A stretch of DNA of 64,000 bases from NCBI GenBank assembly GCA_951406725.2, contig OX597833.1, forward strand, positions 52,142,001 to 52,206,000, given 5' to 3'. Source of the stretch: Octopus vulgaris. Lineage: Eukaryota. Within the stretch, counting starts at the first letter, position 1. The number at the start of each line of letters is the position of its first letter. Below the pieces are notes generated by a model. That model had not been told where the DNA came from. It saw only the letters and a program-made list of their open reading frames with translations, and made no database searches. This document shows, piece after piece, positions 43,085 to 57,376 of this stretch. The translations under genes and the position numbers were made by a program.

Positions 43085-43362
43085 ACACACACACATATAA
43101 ATAAGACCTATGTGCTTGTATACGTATGTCTGCGACAGGAAGTGTGGTGTTACTGTGTGCCCTAACTGAACTACGCATGTGTCCCACATTTGATTCTCTT
43201 CGGGATTCATTTCCCCTTACTGTAAAATGGGAAAAATATACAGAAAAGGCAAACAACAAAACGTAACGCTTCATGCTTTTGTAATTATTATCACGCACAC
43301 ACGCATATACTATAGTTGCGGGCGCACGCGCATTGGTGTATGAATATGTGATATAGCATGCA

Positions 43363-43413
<51 letters not shown>

Positions 43414-43638
43414 TGTGTGTGTATGTATGTATGTATGTATGTATATATAAATATCAATATAAATATATAAATATATAAATATATGAATATATTATACGTG
43501 TGTGTATGAATATATCTGTATATATAGATATGTATGTATATATTCATATATATATATATATGCATTTCTATATATATATATACATATTGTATTTATATAC
43601 ATACATATATCTATATATCTATATATATATATGTGTGT

Positions 43639-43679
<41 letters not shown>

Positions 43680-44315
43680 ACACCTCGGACACCAACTGAT
43701 GAGAAAGTCAGCTGCGAATGTTCCTTGTATCGTTTTTTTTAACTCCCCTTTCTGTTCATTATATTTTCGTCCAGATATAGTCTATTTTCCATTTTCTGTC
43801 AAACTTATGAATATATATATATAAGCACATATACCCAGATATGTGTGCGCATATGAATATATTATATGGTATGTACGATGTAATTAGAACTTGTGCCTCT
43901 ATATCAAACACATTCATACATATGTCATTCGTTTCTACTCAAGGCCCAAAATTTGGGGGAGGGGGCCAGTCGATAAGATCGAACCCAGTACGTAACTGGC
44001 ACTTAATTTATCGACCAAGAAATGATGAAAGGCAAACTCGACCTTGCCGCAATTTGAACTCAGAATCTAAAGACAGACGAAACACCGCTAAGCATTTCGC
44101 CCGGCTTGCTAACATTTCGTATTTCTTCATTGCCTACAAGGGGCTAAGTATAGAGGGGACAAACAAGGACAGGAAAAGAGATTAAGTCGATTACATCGAC
44201 CCCAGTGCGTTAACTTAATTTATACGTCATATATTGTATATACTTTTATATAGATACATTCAGGTATACACACAGACACAGAAACGCACACGCAAACTCA
44301 TATACATATATATAT

Positions 44316-44397
<82 letters not shown>

Positions 44398-44412
44398 GAA
44401 ATATGTATATAT

Positions 44413-44482
<70 letters not shown>

Positions 44483-44553
44483 GGATATGTTTTTTATATA
44501 TTTGTTTTATAGGTGTATATATATAATGGAATTTTAATGTATATATATATATG

Positions 44554-44594
<41 letters not shown>

Positions 44595-44613
44595 TTCTCA
44601 TTTTAAGGTATTT

Positions 44614-44737
<124 letters not shown>

Positions 44738-44813
44738 GTATATAATATATATATATATTTATATATATATATGTATATTTAATATATATATATGTATATA
44801 ATATATATATATT

Positions 44814-44850
<37 letters not shown>

Positions 44851-44927
44851 ATGTATGTATATATGTATGTGTACATATATATATATGTGTGTATGTGTAT
44901 GTATGTATATATACATGTACATGTATA

Positions 44928-44963
<36 letters not shown>

Positions 44964-45938
44964 CATATATCTGGATATATATATATACACATATATCTGT
45001 ATTATACTAGATATATAATATATATATATTTCACGGAGGCGGTCAAAGATCCCAAGGGTTGGTCGGCACAGGTTATTAGAGGTTCAGTGTCCCGGTGATG
45101 GAGCAACAAAACAATGCACCACTATTTGTTCCAGCAAAGCGTGTATACGCTGTCAGCATATAACTGGCTATGTGGTGAAAAGTCACCCGCTCGAATACAC
45201 ACACACACGCACTAATTGTCGCATACGCGCACATACTTACGTATACATATGCACACTGTCACACAGAGACGCACACGTACCTACATGTAGGTCGCCATTG
45301 GCATATTTAATGAGGGATTCATACCACCAACTTGTTAAACAGAAACAGAATTGTAACGGCTGATGCCAGGATGAGAAGGAAATTGGATGTGCCAAGGAGG
45401 AAAGAGATAGCCGAGGTGTGAAAGAAAGGAACAGAGATAGAAGCAGTGTGAGAGAGAGGGAGGGATTGAGAAAGTGAGAGAGAGACAGATAGAGACAGAG
45501 AGATAGATAGACAGAGATAGAGAGGGATTGAGAAAAAGGGGAGGCACAAGCGCCGACACATTCACAGACACACGCACATAGAGATATGTAGGCATATACT
45601 TCTACACACGCGCACAGATACACACACATTCAAACACGCATTTATATATTTATATGTACGAGTGTGTGTGTGTGTATGTGCTGGTATGTATGTACGCTTG
45701 TGTGTGTGTGCGTGTGGCTGTGTCTGTGTGTGTTCGCACGTGCTTGTATGTATAATACGCACGTATACACACATACACACACATACACATACGTATACAC
45801 CCACGCAAACATTCACACCCATTATTTACAAACAATTCTTTATAGCTACAGCTGATGCGCTTCGAGAAATATTTTTCCCAAAAGAATTTTATAATATTCC
45901 CAATTTTATAAAATTCTTATGACATCAAATACGCACGT

Positions 45939-45994
<56 letters not shown>

Positions 45995-46173
45995 GCACAC
46001 ACACATGCACACGCACACACATGCATGAATTTTTGTATTTATACATATATATATATAAATATATATAAATATATATATATAGATATTTATATAGATATAA
46101 ATATATAATATATATAATATATATATAAAATATATATATATATATATATATAGTGTATATATATATATGAAGG

Positions 46174-46266
<93 letters not shown>

Positions 46267-46372
46267 ATATATATATATATATATCTGTGTGTGTGTGTGT
46301 AGGTTAAATAAAATTAAACAACAAACTCAAGGCAGTGTGAAATTTTTAAGACATTTTATAAAGAGAAGAGTA

Positions 46373-46420
46373 GTCTTACAGCTGTTTCAGGGATATGAAA
46401 GTTATCTAATCATCAGAGAC
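46373..46420 (-). ncRNA. Minimal type-I hammerhead ribozyme motif
   Basis: Minus strand: GTCT CTGATGA TTA GATA actttca TATC CCT GAAAC AGCT GTA AGAC. Canonical core, helix I GTCT/AGAC, palindrome ACAGCTGT, GUA triplet. The base of helix II is mismatched. Confidence 0.7.
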
Positions 46421-46570
46421 GATATGAGAGAGTTAAATAGAAGAAAGTAAAGTTTAATATAAGAAGTTATTTCGTATGTATATATATGAATGTACGTATG
46501 TATGTATGTATACATGTATGTATATATATATATGTATATCTATCTACACACATATATACATATATACATT

Positions 46571-46616
<46 letters not shown>

Positions 46617-47093
46617 ATACACACATACAGGCACACACAAGCACGCACACGCACACACAAGCACACACTCACACCCATATACACGCACATATTTTGCTGA
46701 CGTCATAAGAACTGAATATGAATAATTCGAAACTTGCTGATTATATATTTACATGACGTAGCCGAACGGAACCGCTCTCATGCGTGCTTCGGGTTCATAC
46801 GTAGCATCATGTGCTATACCGACCTCAACGACCTAGTAGCTTTTAATTTGTTACGACACATTCAAGGATGGTCCAGTAATTCTGTAAATTTTATCGTATC
46901 TTTTTATATGCTATATGATTTAACACATATTTTATAGGTTTAGTCGAATAAGATACACCAACTAACTAATCTGTATATATAAACGTCAACGTACGCAACG
47001 CATACATACATATTCATGTGTTTCAACATATATCATATATATATATATAGAGAGAGAGTGGTTGTATACTGTCAACTTAACGTGACAGTCCTG

Positions 47094-47129
<36 letters not shown>

Positions 47130-47235
47130 CGTGTGTGTGTGTGTGTGTATGTATATATATATATATATATCTGTGTGTGTGTGTGTACATAATATATATA
47201 TATATTTAATATGTATATATTATAATAGACACAAT

Positions 47236-47298
<63 letters not shown>

Positions 47299-47407
47299 AA
47301 TATATACATAATATAAAGGGAAAGTTTACGAAAATAAACAAAAGACGAAGGCAGGTGGAGTACAAACAAACAGATGTATTAGTATAGCGCTCAGGAATAG
47401 AAAAAGG

Positions 47408-47443
47408 TTTTTACGTTTCGAGCCTACGCTCTTCTACAGAAAG
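47408..47443 (-). ncRNA. Same CUGUAGA hammerhead-like motif in the repeat copy at 47317-47500
   Basis: Reverse complement CTTT CTGTAGA A GAGC gtag GCTC GAAAC GTA AAAA. Confidence 0.5.
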
Positions 47444-47616
47444 ATACACAGAAAAAAACAAGGAGAAAAAAACGTGTGTAGTAGCTAACGATCTATATTT
47501 GATATGTATATATATATATAAAATCATTATTGTTAAACGGTGCACGAACTTTTTCCTCAACCTAGTATATTGGTATACATATACACATAAATATAGATAC
47601 ATATAAGCTTATGTGT

Positions 47617-47815
47617 ACGAGCGTGTGCTGAAAGTTCCAAGCCAAAGGCCTGACTGGAAGCCTAACCATCCGAGTTCTTTTGCAGGGCTTGTTAAGTCTG
47701 ATGGACAGCTGTTATAAGTGTGTGAATCTCAGAGAGAAATATATGGAATAAAATCATAATTAAACTAATCCTCCTGTATTTTCTTTTACCCAAAGCCAGA
47801 AACTTTTCAGCAGCA
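47617..47815 (+). mobile_element. Mariner-derived MITE-like copy
   Basis: tacgagcgtgtgctgaaagttcc ... ccagaaacttttcagcagc. Same internal sequence as the 1490 copy. Confidence 0.65.
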
Positions 47816-49389
47816 AAGACGCAAACACACCAACACCGGATGTCAAGCGGTGGTGGAGGACAAGCACAAATGCAAGGACACACACATACACATAGCCCAC
47901 GACGGGCTATGTGTATTCCTTCAGTTTCCGTTTATCAAATCCATTCACAAGGCCGAAGCTACAGTAGAAGATACTCGCCCAAGGTATCACGCAGTGGGAT
48001 TGAACCCGGAACCATCTAGGTGGGAAACAAACTTCTTACCATAGAGCCACGCCTGTGCCTATTTCCGGATAAATTCCACCTCCCTTGCCATCAGTTTCAT
48101 CGGACGCCCTGGCAAAAATACATAAATAAATAAACTGAAGATCGTGGAAGCTGCTCTTATCTCCCTGAACGAACGGTAAAGACAAAAAAAGATTGTGTTT
48201 AACATTCCTAAAATAATGATGATATTTACTGTAGGCACAAAGCTGGTAATTTTTGGGAAGAAAAATTAAGACCCGCATTTGACTGTTACCTATTTATATC
48301 GGAGGAGAAAAGAAACTATAGGTCCCAGCAGGGGATATACACTAAAGAATTTAGTTCTGTTCTCTAAGAATTCGGTCAGTTTCAATAAGCGCCTCTTTGT
48401 TGTCATATTGGTTTCAAATTTTGACACAAAACTAGCAATAACGGGGAAGGGGTAACATGATTACATCAATTCCAGTGATCAACCGGTACTTATTTTATTG
48501 ATCTCGAAATGATGAAAGGCAAAGGGGTCCTCGATGGTATTTGAACTCAGAACATGAAGACAAACGCTAATCATTTCGCCCCTGAGCATTTCGCCCCGGC
48601 TCTTTTACTCTTTTACTCTCTTACTTTTTTCAGTCATTTGACTGCGGCTTCGCTGGAGCACCGCCTTTAGTCGAGCAAATCGACCCCAAGACTTATTCTT
48701 TGTAAGCCTAGTACTTATTCTGTGTTAGTCCCTCCAACATCGATTAACAACCGATGCTGGTGTGTTTACGTCCCCGTAACTTAGTGGTTCGGTAAATGAA
48801 ACCGATAGAATCAGTACAAGGCTTACAAAGAATAAGTCTTGGGGCGATTTGAACGACTAAAGGCGGTGCTCCAGCATGGCCGCAGTCAAAATGACTGAAA
48901 CATTAATAAAAAGGAATTATAATCTTCTCTGCTACAAACACAAGGCCATCAAATTGTGGCAGAGGGAGCTAGTCAAATACAACGACTTATTAGTAGTGCT
49001 CGATTGGTACTTACTTTATCGACCACGAAAGGATGAAGTTCACTTCAGTGGAATTTGAACTCCGGACATGCTGACGAAGAAAATACCACCTAAGCATTTT
49101 ATAGGACGTGCTAACAATTCTGCCACCTCAACGCAATAATAATAATAATAATAATAACAATAATAATAATAATAATCCCTGCTACATTAGGCACAAGGCT
49201 TGAAATTTTGGGAGAGGGGTCTAGTCGATTTCATCGACCCCAGTGTTTCCTTGGTACTTGATTTATTGGCCCCGAATGGATAAAAGACAAAGTCGACCTC
49301 GGTGGGATTAAACTTAGAATGTAAAAGCGGATGAAATGCCGCTATGCATTTCGTCCGGCAGGCTAACTATTCTGCCAGTTCGACGTCTG

Positions 49390-49442
<53 letters not shown>

Positions 49443-49452
49443 GTGATAATAC

Positions 49453-49519
<67 letters not shown>

Positions 49520-49524
49520 AATTA

Positions 49525-49765
49525 ATTCGTTTATTGGCCACAAGGGCTAGCAAAAATCAAATAAAACATGTAAGGACAAAATAGAGGACGAAAGTTACAG
49601 AAAGGGTTTTGTCCGTTTGAAAAGTCCGTGTAAAAATGCAAGATAACGAAAGTATAACAGTAAAAACTCCCAATAGGGGGAGGCGCTTCGAAAGGTTACT
49701 CGTGGAAAAGCCCATAAAAGTCATGGGAGCCTCATCAAAAGTGGGGTAGAGAGCCCCTTTCTCTC
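49525..49765 (-). mobile_element. Probable LINE 3'-UTR fragment embedded in (AAT)n
   Basis: Minus strand ends tagcccttgtggccaataaacgaa followed by (TTA)n. The same tail motif occurs in some SINEs of this window. Confidence 0.4.
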
Positions 49766-49829
49766 TTTTTTTTTTTACCCTTTTTTTTTTACAGGTGTAT
49801 CCTCATAATTGTTCCGTTCATACTGGCCA

Positions 49830-49888
<59 letters not shown>

Positions 49889-49900
49889 TAATATAATAAA

Positions 49901-49942
<42 letters not shown>

Positions 49943-50076
49943 TAATAATAATAATAATAATAATGATAATAAATAATAATAATAATATTAATAAATAATA
50001 ATAAATAATAATAATAATAATAGTAATAATAATAATAATAATAAAAATAATAATAATAATTAATAATAATAATAAT

Positions 50077-50125
<49 letters not shown>
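49830..50125. repeat. (AAT)n tract
   Basis: Direct reading. Confidence 0.95.
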
Positions 50126-50126
<1 letters not shown>

Positions 50127-50411
50127 GCAATTCTTTTTTATTATTGGCTCAAGAACTGCAATTTTAGGAAAAATGAGATTAGCTGATTACATCGACACCA
50201 GTAATTAACTAATAATGCTAATAATAATAGATTAGTTGCAAAGTAACAACAGTACGTGTGTGAGTTTTAAAATAATAATAATAACGATAACAAAAATTAT
50301 ATCTTGGTAGCATTGAAAGAGTATAGTCGTGAGATTAATGAAATATTTAGCAAAAATGAAAACTCTTTTCTAAATATGTTTACACACCACTGACTATATA
50401 TTCGTCAGTTC

Positions 50412-50475
<64 letters not shown>

Positions 50476-51421
50476 ACGTGTGTGTGTGCGTGTGTTTGTG
50501 TGTGTGTAATAGTGAAAAAAAATAGACAGCGCGGGAATGTATGTGTGTACTTTGCTGTTGTGGTTTATCCCAGAGATCAACCCTGATCATGAAGCAATGT
50601 GAGCCTGAAATCAGAGAAAGGCATTAAAGGGACAATGACGTGTTATTTACGAGCATTTAGAGATTTATGACTTCTAAACTGTGTGTGAATGTTTCTTGTG
50701 CATTGGAAGAGTATATAAGTGTATGTGTATGCCACGAGTATACGCACACATATATTTTTATGAATATGTGCATGCGTGCTTGTGCGTATGCATATATTTA
50801 TATCATATATATGTATATATATACATACATATATCATATATGTATATATATATACATACATATATCATGTATATGTACATATATATCATATACATATGTA
50901 TATATACATATGTATATATACATATATATGTGTATATGTACATATATATGTATGTATATGTGTGTATGTGTGTACATATATTTACAAAAATGTAAATATT
51001 CATATATGTATTATGTATTAACATGTAATATATATATGTATATACATTTATATATACATATATGCATACATATATATACATATATATACACACATAAGTA
51101 TATATATACATATCTATATGTATATGAATATATATTCACATACATATATATATGTATGTATATATATATATATTTGTTGCTATTGTGCGAAAGTGTCGTA
51201 AGTTCGAAACGTCGTTTCTTCGGAAAACGAAAAAATAGTTTCACTTTTCCATAGCAAAACCGGTGTACTGCATTTTGACATTTTTTTTACTACTTTGGCA
51301 TCTTAAACAGCTGGAGATACGATAGTTTGACCAAAAGAAAAGGCTATTGCAAGCAAAAATAAATATTGAAAAAATGCATTTGCCCGAATTTGGACAAAGG
51401 ACACTGTACCATAATAGCAGC

Positions 51422-51485
<64 letters not shown>

Positions 51486-51659
51486 CATATATATATATAT
51501 ATACATATCAAAAGGATGTGTTATAACATTATTCCACATATACAAAAACAGCCATACCAGCAATCTAACATGCCCCATCATCAGCTGTCACACGGATATC
51601 ATTATGGTTTCGACACCCGGGAAGTATCATTCAATCCGATACATACGTATATATATATG

Positions 51660-51716
<57 letters not shown>

Positions 51717-51822
51717 GTGTGTGTATGCGTGTGTATGTGTGTGCGCGCGCGTGTATGTAGGGTGTGGTGAATACACTCGTCTAATTTACGCAAAAGTGAA
51801 AACAACACTGACAGCTCATTTG

Positions 51823-51900
<78 letters not shown>

Positions 51901-52303
51901 CATATATATATTTTTTGAGGAAGACTTCTTTGCTACTTTTAGCATTCAAAGTGACTTCATAATGGTGACTTCACTTCCTTCTAGTCCGATAGCGCATACG
52001 TGCTTGCGTGTGGTTATGTCAATGCAGATTTCATTTCATTCACATCCACTGCTGCTTGAATAATAATTAGCAATATAAGTGATTACATCACACCAATAAC
52101 TGGTATATGATTTACGGTGAACATAAATAGAATTTATTCAATGTTAACGGCAACACATGGATTACAGAACGGAGAAGAAGAAACGTTAAAATGGACTTTT
52201 ATAAAAAAATAATGTGCAATGTAATTTGTTGCTTATAGGATGCAAAATTTTGCCTCGTATGAAATACGAATCATAACACTATCCCCTTTTTCTCTTTCGC
52301 TCC

Positions 52304-52365
<62 letters not shown>

Positions 52366-52695
52366 GTCTATCTGTCTGTCTGTTTGTCTATCTGTCGGTC
52401 TTCTATCTATCTATCTATCTATATATTTATTTGTCTGTGTGTATATAATATATATATATGTATATATATACATATATAATAATATATATATATATATATA
52501 TGTATGCATGTATGTATGTATATCTATCTATCTATCTAGCTACCTATCTATCTGTTTGTCTGTCTGTCTGTCTATCTACCTACCTATCTATCTATCTATT
52601 TGTATATGTATATGTATGTATATGTATATATATTTATATATGTGTCTATATATATATTTATATATATGTATATGTATATATATATATGTATATAT

Positions 52696-52739
<44 letters not shown>

Positions 52740-52766
52740 GTCATTTTATTAACTGTATATATATGC

Positions 52767-52817
<51 letters not shown>

Positions 52818-53362
52818 CATGTATATGTGCATTATATGTATATATATGTGGTGCTTGGTGTGTGTGAGTGTGTGCGTGAATTAACTGTCCATCAGACATG
52901 TAAGCATAAATATGCTTGACATACATTATAAACAGTAAACCAATTTTAATACTTCGTTCTTCTCTGTCATCACACAAACACACACACACACACACATACA
53001 CACTCACCCGTACATGTGGGCAAACATATAGATGCATAGATAATTACATCCATAGTCATACACACATATACCTTTATGTTAGCGTAAATGCATGGTGGTA
53101 TACATTTAATAAATTAACGAAAATAATACGAGTCTGGGAGGCAATTCCTGCAACAGTCTCACACATGTCCCTTCCTTTCCTCCCCCTCTCCCCTCCTCCT
53201 CTCCCTCCTCCTCTCTCTTACTTTCGCTGGATGTATAAAATGTCTCGCTTCCCTATATATATATGTATGTATATACATATATATATATTTTATATATATA
53301 AACTTATATATACATATATATATATGCACACACACATATATATACATGCAAATATATATTCG

Positions 53363-53393
<31 letters not shown>

Positions 53394-53572
53394 GCGTATG
53401 TATGTATATAGTATATATATATATATGTGTATATTTGTGCGTATGTGTATGTATGTGTGTATGTATTTATTTCTCTCCACGCACACGGAGGTACAAAAAT
53501 ATATATACATATACAAGCATACATGCAAAATTTATCTTTGAATACATGTAGGTACGTATGTATGTAAGTATG

Positions 53573-53630
<58 letters not shown>

Positions 53631-53657
53631 TATGTACATATGTATATATGTATAAGC

Positions 53658-53715
<58 letters not shown>

Positions 53716-53757
53716 ATTTCCATATTTGTACACACAGACACACAGACACACACACGC

Positions 53758-53790
<33 letters not shown>

Positions 53791-54947
53791 TATATATATA
53801 TGTATATATATATATATGAATATATGTACATGCATGCTTCGTGTGTTTATGTTTAAAAGCCAAACTGTATGAGCTTTCTAATTAAAAGAGCTGACAAACA
53901 AAAAAACAACAATAAAAATAAAGAAAAATAAAAGAAAACGCGAAGACATTGTTTAGGAAACAGGAGGAGTGGGGAAGAGTTGGAGGGAATAAAACCTAAT
54001 CTAAATTTAAACGAAATAACCATCTTTTTCTTTCCTTCCTTCCTTCCTTCTTTACTTCCTTCCTTCTTTCGTTTCCTCAATTTTATCCCCTCTTATTTAT
54101 TATTTATTTATTTATTTATTTATTTATTACTTTATTTATATTTTTTGTTTTGTTTGTTTCTTTCCTAAATTTCCCCCCCCCCCCCCGACACACACAGTCT
54201 GATGTCTTCCTTCTCCGTCGTTTCAAATATGGTTTGTTGAGTTAAAAAGAAAACCAATGTAAAAAAAAAGAAAAAAAAACTTTAAAATAATAATATAATT
54301 CAAATAAAAAAAATAAAAATAAATATACTAAATGAAATGCGAACAAAAAAATAAGAGAGAATACGAACAAAAAGTGCAAGAATCCCCAGAAAAAATTCTA
54401 TGTTGTTGCTGTTGTTGTTCTTGTTGTTGTGTTTGCGTACCTCAACCCCGTCCCAACACCAATGCAGTGTTTTCCCCTAGCGGGTGGTATCTACCCTCAT
54501 AACGGTTGTATAATTACTTGTACGTTCGGTAGTTTAACATGGTAGCTTCAGATATCTAGGAAGCATTTTACTATATAACTAATCCACCTAAACCACCCAT
54601 ATGCTTCAATACACACGCACATTTAAAACGAATGTATATTCACATATACACACCCATATACACTCGTGTTTCCATACATACATACACACACACACACACT
54701 CACATATACATACACACACATACATATATATATATATATATGCTTACGCACACATAGCAGATTACAATCACCTAGAGCCTACCCCAGCTCATGCATACAC
54801 ATATGTATATCTGAAGATATACGTGTATAGATATACAGAGATATACAAAGATATACACATATTTTGTTCTGTGTGTGATCTTGTAGCGAATAAATTATTT
54901 CAGTTCTGCATTCTGTTATGTAGGTGAAGTGAGTAATTCATAGACTG

Positions 54948-55036
<89 letters not shown>

Positions 55037-55073
55037 TGTATGTATGTATGTATGTATGTATGTATGTATTATA

Positions 55074-55629
55074 TCTATTATATAAAATCCGTTCTGTCTG
55101 CCTGTCTGTGTGTCTTCTAGGATCTCGGGCATCCTCCATCCGATTGCGCTCAAATTTGGTATGTGGATACCGACGGTATCAGAGCGTGTATAAGTCTTCA
55201 ATCAAATTGCAAAAAGCGATTCCAGGTAAGAATGCGATCGATAAAGCCGTGGGAACGGGCATTTGTACGCGCAAGTACATGAGCTGTTGCGATCGATACT
55301 ACGCGTACGCGAGAAATATCCAAGTGCACTTTGCGCAAAAAAGCCGGCTGGCTTGAAATAATACCACAAAATGCAGTATGTTTAAGAGAACAAAAAAGTA
55401 AGATGCAAAAGAGATATTTTCTTCAAACTTGGCATGAAGGAAGGAAACACTATTTGGTTTCTCAAGAAGTTGTTTTTTTTTTTTTTGCCTTAACTTCGTT
55501 TAATGAAACCAAAAATTTTATTGAAATAAAGGCATGCTTAATTATTTTTTAATGAAAAGAAAACACTGATTGCTTTTATTCAGCAGATATGATTCAGCAC
55601 CATCCATTGGACGGGGGTCGTTTTGCTCG
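55074..55629 (+). mobile_element. Non-autonomous Helitron-like element
   Basis: 5' a|TCTATTATATAAAA, then (CTGT)n and ccgattgcgctcaaatttggtatgtg. 3' end ...acgggggtcgttttgCTCG|t (cf. CTAG). Inserted between A and T with no TSD. Partial inverted copy at 57144-57376. Confidence 0.6.
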
Positions 55630-55650
55630 TATATATATATGTATATATGG

Positions 55651-56060
55651 TAAATGAAAGGTGGACGATGGAAGATACGAGAATTTTTATTAATCACAAC
55701 AATTATTTCGACATATCTAGCATCGATCCCTCACGGATGGGATGCTTAACAACTAATTCAGGAGCATCCGACTGCGCAGATGTGTCTCATCGGTTGATAA
55801 ATAGATATAACTCGTTAAAAGAACAATTTCACAATGTATCTTCCCATTTCGTGTAAAAGGAAAAGCCACAAATTAAAGAAAATATCTTCATTTATGCAGA
55901 AGATCAATAATAAAATAACAGATGCAAAAAAAGAAACGATGACGCAATACAACGAGAGATTTTGTTAAGCATCCCATCTGTGAGGGATCGATGCCAGATG
56001 TGTGGAAGCAATTGTGATTAATGAAAGTTCTCGTATCTTCTATTTTCTGTCTTTCATTTA
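55651..56060. repeat. Element with ~100-bp inverted ends
   Basis: 55651-55750 (...gcatcgatccctcacggatgggatgcttaac) is the reverse complement of 55963-56060. Confidence 0.7.
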
Positions 56061-56131
56061 GTATGTACTTAACGAACACTGTGAAATGACCGTGCTTTAC
56101 CAGTAAGCTACCAGGTATAAACCATTCGTTT

Positions 56132-56220
<89 letters not shown>

Positions 56221-56231
56221 CCAGTTTGTCT

Positions 56232-56288
<57 letters not shown>

Positions 56289-56351
56289 AGATCGTTAGAC
56301 ACTACACACATTTTCTCTCACCTTGTTTCTCTCCTTGTTTTTTCTGTGTCC

Positions 56352-56387
56352 CTTTCTGTAGAAGAGCGTAGGCTCGAAACGTAAAAG
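56352..56387 (+). ncRNA. Minimal hammerhead-like motif with CUGUAGA core in a ~195-bp repeat (56287-56481)
   Basis: CTTT CTGTAGA A GAGC gtag GCTC GAAAC GTA AAAG. Confidence 0.55.
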
Positions 56388-56611
56388 ACTTTTTCTATTC
56401 CTGAGCGTTATACTAATACATCTGTTTGTTTTGTACACCACCTGTCTTCGTCTTTTATTTTTTTTTTCGTAAACTCTCCCTATATATCTATATAATAGAG
56501 ATTCAGTTGAATTAGGTACTGAAGTTGAAGTACCAAGTCAGTCCGGTATTTTCCACACAGCTCGAAGTAAAGTGAATAAAATCAAAATAAGCAACGGGAT
56601 ATCAAGTAGTG

Positions 56612-56699
56612 ATACAGTACGACCGTTTCAAGCGACTCCATTTAATTGAATAATGCAATGATTACATCAATTCAAATGCAGTGCCATCTTCAGCTACAC
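56612..56699 (-). ncRNA. Second copy of the long-helix-II hammerhead motif
   Basis: Minus strand: GTGTAG CTGAAGA TGGCACTGCATTTGAATTGATGTAATCATTGCATTATTCAATTAAATGGAGTCGCTT GAAAC GGTC GTA CTGTAT. Core identical to the 16606 copy while flanks diverge. Confidence 0.65.
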
Positions 56700-56796
56700 A
56701 GATAAATATATAGAATTTTAACCAGTCGGACACAATGTAATCTTTCTTAAAAATTATATTAATGTGTCCGATTGTGTCCGACTGGTTAAAATTCGT

Positions 56797-57080
56797 CAGA
56801 CCCTATTCGTCAGATTTAGCACCTGTAGACTTCCATCTCTTCCCTCAAGATGAAAATGCAGCTCAAAGGTCGCCGTTTAAACACCGTTGTCGAGATCCAG
56901 AACGAATTGCAGAAGGCCCTCGACTTGCTTACGGAAAACAACTTCCAGGTCGGATTCCAAAAGTAGCAGGAACGCCGTGAACGGCGTATTGCTCCCGCAA
57001 GGTGACTATTTCGAGGGAGGTAAATAAGCTATTTTTTAATAAACACAACTAGTCCGGGAAATTTTTGATACTACCTCGTA
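56797..57080 (+). mobile_element. Mariner transposase 3' relic with right TIR
   Basis: PYSSDLAPVDFHLFP (YSPDLAPxDF motif), frameshifted KMKMQLKGRRLNTVVEIQ...GDYFEG, terminal ...cctcgTA. Confidence 0.85.
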
Positions 57081-57143
57081 TACATACGCACCCACCCACA
57101 GACAGACAAACAGGCAAGCACACACTCTCACGCACACGCACAC

Positions 57144-57376
57144 TCCAATGGACGGTGCTGAATCATATCTGCTGAATAAAAAGCAATCAGTGTTTACTTT
57201 TCATTAAATAATTAAGCATGACTTTATTTAATAAAATTTTTGGCTTTGTTAAACGATGTTAGAACAAAATAAAAAAAACTTCTTGAGAAACCAAATAGTC
57301 TTTCCTTCCTTCATGCCAAGTTTGAAGAAAATATCTCTTTTGCATCATACTTTTCTGGTCTCTTAAATATACGCAT
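57144..57376 (-). mobile_element. Partial inverted copy of the Helitron-like element
   Basis: Reverse complement matches 55372-55610. Confidence 0.65.
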
